A stretch of DNA of 64,000 bases from IMG/VR virus record IMGVR_UViG_3300023296_001674. One strand, given 5' to 3'. Source of the DNA: a virus. The translations under genes were made by a program, and so were the position numbers. A model generated the notes under the pieces. That model was not told where the DNA came from. It did no database searches and worked only from the letters and a program-made list of their open reading frames with translations. Below, piece after piece: positions 38,785 to 48,600 of this stretch. Every line of letters begins with the position of its first letter. The stretch's first letter is position 1.

Positions 38785-39769
38785 GTTCTACGATATTTAC
38801 AAATACAGCAGAGGTTATGTTAAATATGCCTATTGATCGTTTTTGTGATATTGCACTTGTAAGTATGCCATCAACGCCATCAGCCAAACCACCAACAGGA
38901 TTTCCAGGCAGTCCTAATGCATCTTGCGTTGGTCCTGTAAAACCATCGATAAATTCACATTTGATTCTAATAATAGAACCATTTCCGCCATTAATTCCTG
39001 CCGCATCGTCACGACGGGCGCTAATAACCCATTTATTTTTTTCCGCATCAATAGCAGCAGGATTGGCATAAGTAGTTGTGGTTGCGGCATATACCGTTGA
39101 TTTTATAACATACGATCCGGTTAAGCTAAAATAATCGGTGCCAGCAAATACAATAGGCGAACTACCACTTAACAAATTAGTCCATGATTGATTTTGTGCA
39201 CTGGCTGCACCACCCGTTCTCGATCCAGTTATTCGAAATTCACCACCAGTATTAAAAAAGAATCTAGCATGATCAGAATCATCAAACGTGGCAGTAAACT
39301 CGTGTGTTATTCCAGCACCAGTTCCCCATGCGGTTGACCGAACACTTGATAGTATGGTAGTAGTTGAGAAATTTGAAATATCAGAATTCAATTTATTTGT
39401 TGTTAGTTCAGTGACATTATTTGGCGGCGTTCCATTTAAACTTTCAAATAACGGTGCTGCGTTTGTGCCAAATCCAACTTCGTCGCCATCTTCTAAATTA
39501 GTAAGGAGCGGCAATGTGTTGGGTAGTGTTGTATCTTGGTGTAATGCACAATCATTAAATGCATTAGTTAAATCTAACCACTCTTCATTATTCACTATTT
39601 CACCTAATGCAAAGCTTGGTAAATCAACAGCAGCCGAAACAACATTTGCTGAATTTCCACCATAACCAGAATCGCCAGTTCCAGTACCATATATTGTATT
39701 GATATCATCTATCAAATCACTATAATTCATCGCAGTTATGGGTTTTTCTGACTCGAAATCTGTAACCAT
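38780..39769 (-). CDS. Virion structural protein (paralog family A)
   Basis: Same N- and C-motifs (GTGTGDSGYGG, HEFTATFDDSDHARFFFNTGG). Confidence 0.75.
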   Translation of the reverse strand: MVTDFESEKPITAMNYSDLIDDINTIYGTGTGDSGYGGNSANVVSAAVDLPSFALGEIVNNEEWLDLTNAFNDCALHQDTTLPNTLPLLTNLEDGDEVGFGTNAAPLFESLNGTPPNNVTELTTNKLNSDISNFSTTTILSSVRSTAWGTGAGITHEFTATFDDSDHARFFFNTGGEFRITGSRTGGAASAQNQSWTNLLSGSSPIVFAGTDYFSLTGSYVIKSTVYAATTTTYANPAAIDAEKNKWVISARRDDAAGINGGNGSIIRIKCEFIDGFTGPTQDALGLPGNPVGGLADGVDGILTSAISQKRSIGIFNITSAVFVNIVEL

Positions 39770-39787
39770 TATATTATTCCTCTTATT

Positions 39788-41878
39788 TTAAACACCAGCA
39801 GTTATTTCTACTATAACATCATATACCGGTAACGGCTTTACAAATATATCAGTGGAATGACTGCCAGATACTGTACTAACAAATGTTCCATCAACTTCAT
39901 CGGTTGCACCCGTATGTTGATCTAGATATTGCATTTGTATTGTCACTATATTACCATTTCCGCCATTTGGTCCACCAATTGCATCAGTTTTTGCTGATAT
40001 AGTCCATTTAATAGGATTTGGTGTGTCGTATGGTCCACCTGAAATATCTTCAATTGCGTAAAATTCTACATATGATGTAGTCAATGCAAAATAATCAGAA
40101 CTTACAAATGGTGGTGGCACCGAAGTTAATAATGCATCCCATGCTGTATTTTGGGTGGTTGCAGAGCCACCACTTCTGTTAGCACTGAAACGTATATCGC
40201 TACCAGTGTTAAAATAAGCACGTGCTTCATCGTCATCGGTGAATGTTAAACTAAATTCATGAAACAGCGCAGCACTCCATGCGGTAGTTCTAGTGCTAGT
40301 ATCAATTACTTCAATAGAAAAACCTTCACCGGAGCTATTTGCGGAATTTGCTAATAATACATCATCATTTCTTCTTAAATCTTGCTCTAATGCAGGCAAT
40401 AAATCATCACCCGGTTCATTATCTTTATCGTGAGGAATTAATTCAGTGAAAAATGACACAATATCATTAACATCATCTATGCTTGATCCGAGTGGTAATG
40501 CACGTCGTGTTATTGCCACAAATCCTAAATCAGCTAATGTGGTTCCAGTTCCCTCTGCCAATGTAAGTACGGGATTTGCGTTGTCTTCTTTGACTGATAC
40601 GTTGTCTACACTTGAAGTGCCAACAGTTGTATTAAATACTTTAAGGTAGGTTGTTGTGCTTTCAGCGTAAAAAACCGCCGTTGTACTAACGCTGCCATTT
40701 GAACTATCTATTAGATCACTACCCGTAAAGAAAGTTGCTAAATGATAACCCCACACTCCCCCCACATGCTCTATTACAATACGATATTTTGTACCAATAA
40801 CAGTAGGAAAATCTGTGTAAGCGCGATTTGTATCAGTCACCTTGGTCATATCCAAATAACCACCAGCATTCCATGATATAACGTTACCTGATCCAGTATC
40901 GGTTGACCCTTCAGCCCACCCAGTCAGGTCGCTATCAAACGACCCATTAGTAACTAATTCTGAACCAAGCGCCTCGCCTTCCATTATAATTTTTATTTTA
41001 GTGTCGCCGTCATCTATAGCAGTTAATTCCGCTCCGGTTTGTGCGGTTATATCTGTTATTGCGTCATCATGATCTGATGTACGAGGGAAAGTCCCTGCGG
41101 TAAATCCTAAATCAACTAACGACGTACCAGAACCCTCTAATAATACTATATCAACCACTGTGCTACTCATTACCAATTCATTGCTTCCAGTTTCACTAAA
41201 ATTCATATTTGGTATGGCAGCAGCATTGAGATCAACCAATGCATCGCTTGCGGTAGATGTTCTCATAAATGTGCCTGCGATAAATCCTAAATCCGCCAGT
41301 GCAGTGCCAGAGCCTTCAGCCAATACTAAATCAACCGACGATGAACCAGTGGATGTCATATTTAACCTTCCGCCAATATCTGACACCGTAACATTAGGAA
41401 TAGCTTCGGCAGTTATGTCTGTTACTGCATTAGAAACTGTTGCTATTCTATCATAAGTGTCAGCGGTAAATCCAAATGGAGTAACGCCTGTTCCTGCTAA
41501 TACCAAATCATTCGTAACTGACGTAAGTTCTAGATAACTACCAACATCGAGTGCAGTTAGCCCAGGAATACTTTCATTATCAATATCTATAACTGCTTGT
41601 GCCAAATCGGCAATAGACAATGATGAAACTCCAGCAACAAATCCTAAATCAACCAGTGCGGTTCCAGTGCCTTCTGCTAATGTTATAGCAGTTAAATTTG
41701 ACGTTAGTGTTATTATATCAGTATTACTAATAGATGCTGTTACATTAGCAACACTGGCAGTGTTTATATCATCAGTTGCATCCTGCATTGATGTTCCCGT
41801 CATAGTTATAGAATCGCCATTTATTACTATGGTTTCACTTGTGGTATATTTGGGGGTATTAACGTATGCAATAGCCAT
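39788..41878 (-). CDS. Virion structural protein: repeat C-halves + CBM-like insert + family A C-domain (no family A N-motif)
   Basis: LAEGxGTALxDLGF repeats; ELVTNGSFD...DNVSVKE; HEFSLTFTDDDEARAYFNTG. Confidence 0.75.
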   Translation of the reverse strand: MAIAYVNTPKYTTSETIVINGDSITMTGTSMQDATDDINTASVANVTASISNTDIITLTSNLTAITLAEGTGTALVDLGFVAGVSSLSIADLAQAVIDIDNESIPGLTALDVGSYLELTSVTNDLVLAGTGVTPFGFTADTYDRIATVSNAVTDITAEAIPNVTVSDIGGRLNMTSTGSSSVDLVLAEGSGTALADLGFIAGTFMRTSTASDALVDLNAAAIPNMNFSETGSNELVMSSTVVDIVLLEGSGTSLVDLGFTAGTFPRTSDHDDAITDITAQTGAELTAIDDGDTKIKIIMEGEALGSELVTNGSFDSDLTGWAEGSTDTGSGNVISWNAGGYLDMTKVTDTNRAYTDFPTVIGTKYRIVIEHVGGVWGYHLATFFTGSDLIDSSNGSVSTTAVFYAESTTTYLKVFNTTVGTSSVDNVSVKEDNANPVLTLAEGTGTTLADLGFVAITRRALPLGSSIDDVNDIVSFFTELIPHDKDNEPGDDLLPALEQDLRRNDDVLLANSANSSGEGFSIEVIDTSTRTTAWSAALFHEFSLTFTDDDEARAYFNTGSDIRFSANRSGGSATTQNTAWDALLTSVPPPFVSSDYFALTTSYVEFYAIEDISGGPYDTPNPIKWTISAKTDAIGGPNGGNGNIVTIQMQYLDQHTGATDEVDGTFVSTVSGSHSTDIFVKPLPVYDVIVEITAGV

Positions 41879-43707
41879 TATAATGTCACCGTTGTTGCGA
41901 ATGTTGGGGCAGTAATTGTTAAGAACGTGCCATCTACATTTCTCATTGATATATCAGAAGTTAGCGTTCCATCTACGCTGTCTGGACCGCCGCCAGTACC
42001 AACGTGATCGTCATTATATTGCGATCTAAATGTTAAAATATTTCCTTTGCCACCACGCCCAGTGCCATCAGTTACCGTGTTGGTTTTAGCCGCGATATCC
42101 CAATCATTTGCTGAATATACACCAGTTCCGACAAAATTGGCTACACTAACAAAAGATGTCGTTAAGGCAAAATAGTCATCGCCGTCATATAGAACTGTTC
42201 CAGCAGTGGATAATAATGTTGTCCAATTTGTGTTTTGATTGGTTGCAGAGCCACCTGATCGAGAACCCGCGAGTCTTATTTGCCCACCAGCATTAAAGAA
42301 TGCTCTCGCATGATCTTGGTCTGTAAATGTAACAGTAAATTCATGACTTACGGTTGAAACCCACGCCGATCCTCTTGATTGACTTATCGAGTTAGGGTCA
42401 ACCGTAATAGCCGTACTTGCAACAGAGTCTACTAATGTTGGGTCGAGTTCTAGTTGATTTAAATTCGTAACCAATGTATCAAAATATACTTCAGCGGTCC
42501 ACGGCTTTGGGTCTTGTATTATAGAATCTAAAGGCAATGTCGGTGATAATGTAATACCTTGATGTTGTTCCAAATCTGATATTATATCTTTCCATGCATC
42601 CAACGTTACTTCACTCATACATACATCTACCGTTGGACTTGTGACGGCAGTTTGACCATACCCAGTTGCACCGGTACCCAATGCATATATCAAATTTATA
42701 TCGGTCACAAATGTAGATGTATCTACCTTAGTTCTACCGGTTGCGGATGTACCCGATCCATTTACAAATGTTGCACAATTTACATGTATGATAAAAACTT
42801 GCTGAACGGTTGAAGTACCACCATCATCTGCTTCTGTATTAAAACTGTAAACGGTATCTGTGGTTATCGAAGCAACCGTTACCGTTCCAGTTATATCACC
42901 TGATACTGCACCCAACGAAAGCCCTGTGGGCAACGTACCTAATAGCGTATACCCAGGTGTTATAGGTGCTTCAGCATCATCAACTGCCGAGATTGAAAAC
43001 CCAACAGCAGCCTCGCCTTCGCCTACAGTTCCTACAAAATCATTAAACGCCGATGCAACATTAACGGTTGGTAGGTGTAGAACTACATCTGTTCCGTTTA
43101 TTGTCAATGTTTCACCAAATGTGGTAGGATTGATAGTAGAACCGGTCTCAGTTATTGTACCAAGGGTAAAATTCATTTGAACCCCATTTATAAACATATC
43201 ATTATTTGTGGTATATGTTATAGGGAGACCGCCAATTGATCCTGTTTCTGAAACCGTGCCGGTTGCAAAATTCACAGGAACCGTATTGACTACGATACCA
43301 TCATTTGTGATATATTCAGGATCGGGTGGTACTGTACCACCCGTCAATGTTATACCACCAGTGGTAAATGTTACGGTGTCGGCATTAACAATTATTGTAT
43401 CACCTGGAAAATAGGTAGCTGCTAAAACAGTACCTTTTTGCCTCACAGATAACAATGTGCCTTGATGTCTTGCGCAGTCTTCATACGCATTTCTCAAATC
43501 CAGCCAATCACGCAATGTGATCACATCACCTAATATTTTACTAGGCAATTCCGTTATACTATTAATCCCTGGCTCCACTGATCCCGGACCTGTCGCCAAT
43601 CCACCATAACCCGATGTTCCGGTTCCTGTGCCATATGTTACATTAATGTTAGTGATTAGTGTATTATAATCAGCAAAACTTATTAATCCAGTTTGTTCGT
43701 ATGCCAT
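41878..43707 (-). CDS. Virion structural protein: family A N-motif + repeat N-halves + Ig-like domain + second family A unit
   Basis: Two GTG..GYG/HQG motifs; GTLPTGLSL...GDITGT (He_PIG-like); one C-domain. Confidence 0.75.
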   Translation of the reverse strand: MAYEQTGLISFADYNTLITNINVTYGTGTGTSGYGGLATGPGSVEPGINSITELPSKILGDVITLRDWLDLRNAYEDCARHQGTLLSVRQKGTVLAATYFPGDTIIVNADTVTFTTGGITLTGGTVPPDPEYITNDGIVVNTVPVNFATGTVSETGSIGGLPITYTTNNDMFINGVQMNFTLGTITETGSTINPTTFGETLTINGTDVVLHLPTVNVASAFNDFVGTVGEGEAAVGFSISAVDDAEAPITPGYTLLGTLPTGLSLGAVSGDITGTVTVASITTDTVYSFNTEADDGGTSTVQQVFIIHVNCATFVNGSGTSATGRTKVDTSTFVTDINLIYALGTGATGYGQTAVTSPTVDVCMSEVTLDAWKDIISDLEQHQGITLSPTLPLDSIIQDPKPWTAEVYFDTLVTNLNQLELDPTLVDSVASTAITVDPNSISQSRGSAWVSTVSHEFTVTFTDQDHARAFFNAGGQIRLAGSRSGGSATNQNTNWTTLLSTAGTVLYDGDDYFALTTSFVSVANFVGTGVYSANDWDIAAKTNTVTDGTGRGGKGNILTFRSQYNDDHVGTGGGPDSVDGTLTSDISMRNVDGTFLTITAPTFATTVTL

Positions 43708-43738
43708 TTAGATATCCCACATTAAAACGTATTATTAA

Positions 43739-43744
43739 TATTTA
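43739..43744 (-). promoter_or_regulatory. Late-type promoter TAAATA
   Basis: ~32 nt upstream of ATG 43707, just after a terminator. Confidence 0.5.
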
Positions 43745-43772
43745 TTAATATCATGCAAGGTAGTGATTGGTC

Positions 43773-43799
43773 AATAAAAAACGCCACCGAAGTGACGTT
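43773..43799 (-). terminator. Intrinsic terminator with C(UUCG)G tetraloop
   Basis: AACGTCAC-TTCG-GTGGCGTT-TTTTATT. Confidence 0.85.
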
Positions 43800-43822
43800 G
43801 TTTATTATAATTGCATCCATAT

Positions 43823-44869
43823 TTAAGAATATAATGCTTTTGTCGATGTTCCGTGTAGAACGGTAGGTTCTGTATCTACACCCAATATTGGTGATAGATT
43901 TAATCCACGTTCTATCTTTAAATCGTCGCCCGTGTCGGTAATATTATTAAAGTGCCATTGTCTAGCTGGCCCTACAACCGTGTCAGGAACACCAATCGTA
44001 ACTGTTCCAGTTCCAGATGCAACCAACTCTCTAATAGGTGCTGCTGGAATGAAATCAATTCCTGACCATATACCAACAATTGCATCATCAATAACAACAG
44101 CCATTAACGCGTTTCCGTCAATATCTATAGGATATGACCCAGTTTCCAATCCAGCACCAATAACCGATGGGCTAAATCCAGAAGGGGTTGATGGGCCTAT
44201 TAATCGATAAGAAGCACCAACTGCATCATAAATTTTTAACTGTTTATTTTCTGAATCCCACCACTCGTCGCCATCTTTCGGGCCTGTTGGCGCGGTTGGT
44301 CCTTGATATCTCGATGGGCCAACTATATCCCAACCAGTTGCAGCGGTTCCGTGCAAATCAGGACTTAATACTTTTAACTCTAATGTGTCTTCATCGTAAA
44401 ATAAATCACCTATGTCAGATTCACCGATTGGCGGCTCGCCACCAGTTGCTGATTTATTAGTTTTAACTGTAATCCATGTTGTTCCATCAACTGATATATT
44501 AAGCAAGCTATTTGCGGTATCATACCATAAACCACCTACGTCATAGCTATGGGTGCCAGTAGTAGGTTCCACACCGCTAATAATTGTTTGGGTTAATTCA
44601 GTCCATGATGGTGTGCCAATAATATCACTGGTATTAACTTTTAATCTACCAATTACTGTATCAAACCACAACTGACCTCTCATTGCATTACTAGGCGCGG
44701 TAGGGCTAGAAAAATGCTCCATCATATGAATCCAATCTTCTGCTACAATTTCACCATAATTGTTGAATCCTTTGCCCAATAATGTGATAGTAGTACTCGT
44801 TGTATCGATAGTACCATCAGCTATTGTAGCTATTACTGTACCAATCGAATTATTAACAATATATGCCAT
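43823..44869 (-). CDS. Virion structural / tail-fibre-like protein
   Basis: MAY...IADGTIDT...LLGK...YGE; four G.(L/E)(W/F).D....L.(V/I) repeats. Confidence 0.75.
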   Translation of the reverse strand: MAYIVNNSIGTVIATIADGTIDTTSTTITLLGKGFNNYGEIVAEDWIHMMEHFSSPTAPSNAMRGQLWFDTVIGRLKVNTSDIIGTPSWTELTQTIISGVEPTTGTHSYDVGGLWYDTANSLLNISVDGTTWITVKTNKSATGGEPPIGESDIGDLFYDEDTLELKVLSPDLHGTAATGWDIVGPSRYQGPTAPTGPKDGDEWWDSENKQLKIYDAVGASYRLIGPSTPSGFSPSVIGAGLETGSYPIDIDGNALMAVVIDDAIVGIWSGIDFIPAAPIRELVASGTGTVTIGVPDTVVGPARQWHFNNITDTGDDLKIERGLNLSPILGVDTEPTVLHGTSTKALYS

Positions 44870-44889
44870 TTTTTATTTCTCCGTATGCA

Positions 44890-45474
44890 TTAAGCAAGTT
44901 GAATTCGCACTGTGTATACAACTTCAATGCTTCTGTTTAAACTTTTTTGTATTGGGTGGAATATAACATGCGTAAGTAATGGTCCTGCATTAATATCTGT
45001 ATTAAATCCCTTTAATCCGATTTCATCGAATACGTATTCTTGTTCCATGTCAGTAGCGTCATCAAAACTGCTTTGTCCTGCTGGCTCGCCAAATCCTAAA
45101 ACTGCGGTTACAACAATATCACTAAACAATGCATTTTGTGTATGCCTCACCGTTAGATTATTTGCTGCGGGTGCCAATCTATTTTCATCAACTATTGTGT
45201 GATATGTCGGACTATATAGATTTGACGCCGCACCCAACGTATTAGGTGGTAAATATGTGACAATACCAAGCCCGTTAACTGTGGCACCACCGTTACCAAA
45301 TGCCATGGAATATATAGGCCCATCGCTTTTATTTGCTAGAGAACTAGCAAGCGCAAAAGACATATTTTCATGATGTATGCTATTATATTTATTAAGCAAT
45401 ACTTCACCTGTATCAACATCGCGTATCAATACATGACCAGTTATGGTTCCTCTTACATCATCCTTCATTATCAT
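44890..45474 (-). CDS. Virion structural protein (start revised)
   Basis: GHVLIRD, MAFGNGG, GEPAGQ, FDEIGL, LLTHVIFHPIQKSLNR. Confidence 0.75.
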   Translation of the reverse strand: MIMKDDVRGTITGHVLIRDVDTGEVLLNKYNSIHHENMSFALASSLANKSDGPIYSMAFGNGGATVNGLGIVTYLPPNTLGAASNLYSPTYHTIVDENRLAPAANNLTVRHTQNALFSDIVVTAVLGFGEPAGQSSFDDATDMEQEYVFDEIGLKGFNTDINAGPLLTHVIFHPIQKSLNRSIEVVYTVRIQLA

Positions 45475-45598
45475 CTTTACCTTTTTTATCAATCAGCGAA
45501 CTTTCGCTTTTATTTAACAATATTTTACCAGTTTCGGTGTCACGTATAATAATGTGTCCTGAAACTATAACATTGCCTTTTTCTATTAATTTATCCAT
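45458..45598 (-). CDS. 46-aa micro-paralog of the downstream gene's N-terminus (not in ORF track)
   Basis: MDKLIEKGNVIVSGHIIIRDTETGKILLNKSE...*; AGGA SD; TAAATA at 45624-45629. Confidence 0.7.
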   Translation of the reverse strand: MDKLIEKGNVIVSGHIIIRDTETGKILLNKSESSLIDKKGKDDNEG

Positions 45599-45650
45599 AT
45601 TATAAGTCCTAATAGTCAAGTATTATTTATCAAAATTAAAAACCACGGTT

Positions 45651-48600
45651 TTAACATGATCCTGATCCATTCTTTAAGAAGGTAGATAGCGTGCTATCCA
45701 ATGATTGCAATCCGGCAGGTGATGCTTCCCATGAATAACCACCCGGTATAGCTTGTTTTTGTGTTCCATCTATAATTCTTGTACCACTAGGATATATAAC
45801 ATCTCCTACATTAACGTCTAAATAGTTACTTATTAGATCGCCACCAGAATCATATATACTATCCAAACCTGCACTTGTTCCACCGGTTCCACGACGAATA
45901 TATCGCAATGTGGTTCCATCACGCCTATGATATTCTATTCGTTCACCACCAATCCAAATGACACCGGGTATTTTCATTAAATCTTCATCTACTTTTTGTT
46001 TGGGCAATCCAACAACGCTAGTTATTTCCATTTCTATATCGCCAAGATTAAAGTCGGCGGCTAATGTGGTTGTTGCAGCATCGTTTATTCTATAAAATTC
46101 CCAATCTGCCACTGTAAATTCATCTACGTTTAATACTAATACAATACCACTATTATGTGTTATTGGATTGGGTCTCGTTAACCCTGAAATAGTATTATCC
46201 ACAACAGAAGTATAAGTAATAAATTCATAAGCAGGTATACCATCTACAAATGAACCAACAATTAATGCTCCTGTGGATTGCAATCCTGTGGTTTTTGTAA
46301 CAAATATATCAGTATCAGTATCAGTAAATATAGCATCCAATGTAGTCAAGAAGAATGGGCTAATGCTCTGCGATTCTCTCGCTTTTGTGCTATTTAACCA
46401 ATGTTTAAATGCGGTATTGGGTGCACCAGAAACACTTTGTGATGCTACATTGGCTGTAAATCCTAAATCAACTAATGCGGTTCCAGAACCTTCTACTAAT
46501 ATTATACTATCTACAGATGACAATATTTTCATATTTGTTCCATCAAATGATACAGATATAGGTTTTATCGCCGATCCTTCTGCTGCATTAATTACAGCAT
46601 CAGTGATATCAATTACAGCATCAGCAGGGAATACACCCGAACTTAATGTTATTATTACACCATTTATATCTATGGTTTCGCCATTATTATATGTTCCACC
46701 ATGAATATCAGTTCCTATTACTTCAAACATTTCTAACGAGTTAACACAAATGCTAATAGATTCACCAATAATGGATAATACTAATTCTTCTGGATGATTG
46801 CTTTCACTGCTTGGTTGAATAAACAGGTTGCCATCTACTATAATATCATCGGGATTTATTGGTGCGCCAGGATTTAACATTGCTCCACCATCTAAAAAGT
46901 TATCTATGTCGTCTATGTCAATAACCATTCCCGCACCGTCAACAATAGTTCCTTTGAACCCACATCCACTAATAAGTGATGCAATATCTTTCGATTCAGA
47001 CACATCGTTCGCTGGATTAATAGTTGCGGGATCGACGTCTGTTATACTAAATGGTTGTGGTGCATATAATCTTATAATACGATCCGCCGCCGTTTCATTG
47101 AGTGCGAATGTAGACAAATCCCAATTTTCATTAACACCAGAATCCCATCCAAATAAATTATCCCAACCACCACTTGCATCACAACTAACGCGATCAAACA
47201 AAATTTGAACATTGCCTTGGCGTATATTATCTGAATCTGCTATATAATTATTAAACCAATCGTTTTGTAACGAACTAGAATCAGATAAAATCGCAACATC
47301 TGCTGGGATATCTAAACTCAACACGCGTGTAATATTAGTATCTGGATCGGTATATACAGGTTTATCAAAATCAGTGACGTGAGTTATATAGTCGTCTATG
47401 CCAAAATTTTCTTTTGTTGTAAAATCACGAAGTTTTGTATGATACGGCTTTGCTTCATTTATAAACTCGATTATATTATCAGTAGTATCAGTTGTTAATA
47501 CTGGATTTTGATTAGCAGCTTGATTTAATCCAACCGCTAAAATATATGATGTTTTGAAAACCCAATCAACCAAATGTTGTTCACTGAATACATATCGTAT
47601 CATAACATAGAACATTTGATTTTGTTCTAAATTGGTTAAAATATCATTTCTTAATGCATCAATTATCACACGCAACGCTTGATCGCGACCAGATTGATCC
47701 GTGAGTGTATCAACATTTCCATATGTGCTATCAGTTATAACATCTATAAGAAATTCTATTGTACATCCTTCTTTTGCTTTTAATGCCCAAGGATTGAACG
47801 CGTCTACTGGTTGATATTGATATATCGCCCACACATTGGTTCCGTCGCTATTAGAATCACGAACGCGAACAATCATATCATCAAATGGATCAATTAACGC
47901 GTTCATTTCTGGTATAGTATCTACCGTTAATGAAGCTTCCGTGTCTTCATCGAAACCTATTTCAAAATAATCTATAATATTCCACAAATCCGCAACTTTA
48001 TATGCTTCACTATGTATTTCAGTATATATCGGTTTTTGTGTAGTAATATCTATGCCATCATAAACATAAACTTTCCAAAAACTTAATGTTTCTGTAATTC
48101 CATCTACCCATACTTGTTCACCAATGCTAATGATAGCACTAGTAGCCAAGGTATCACGTTCGGTATTATCACCAACATGATAATCATACATATTAACAGC
48201 TTTTGTGCCACTTACATACAAAACTGGTTCAACTGATGTGTTATTCAAGTTATCAAACATCGTAGGGCGATCATCGACAATACATTGATGTAACAATTCA
48301 ATGTTTATTGCATTGAATAAAATACGAATAGCCTCTTCGCGATGAACAAACCACGTTTGTCTTGGACGAATAAAGTTACCATATTTTCTACTTTGTTCAA
48401 GATTTGGGTCTGGAACGATGTCATTGTTTACATCATATCCAACCAAACTATCACGCATTTTATTCCAGAATCTATCAGTTGGTACATCACTATCATCACC
48501 ATCTCTACTTAATGCCCATTCACGATGATGATTAATGTCAGTATGTGTAATATTATAATTTAACTGATATACAGAATCGGTATTAGTTAATAGATGCTCG

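Noticed and set aside
41878-43072. Excisable or invertible DNA element explaining the split virion gene
   Set aside because: No direct or inverted repeats seen at the junctions and no recombinase in the window
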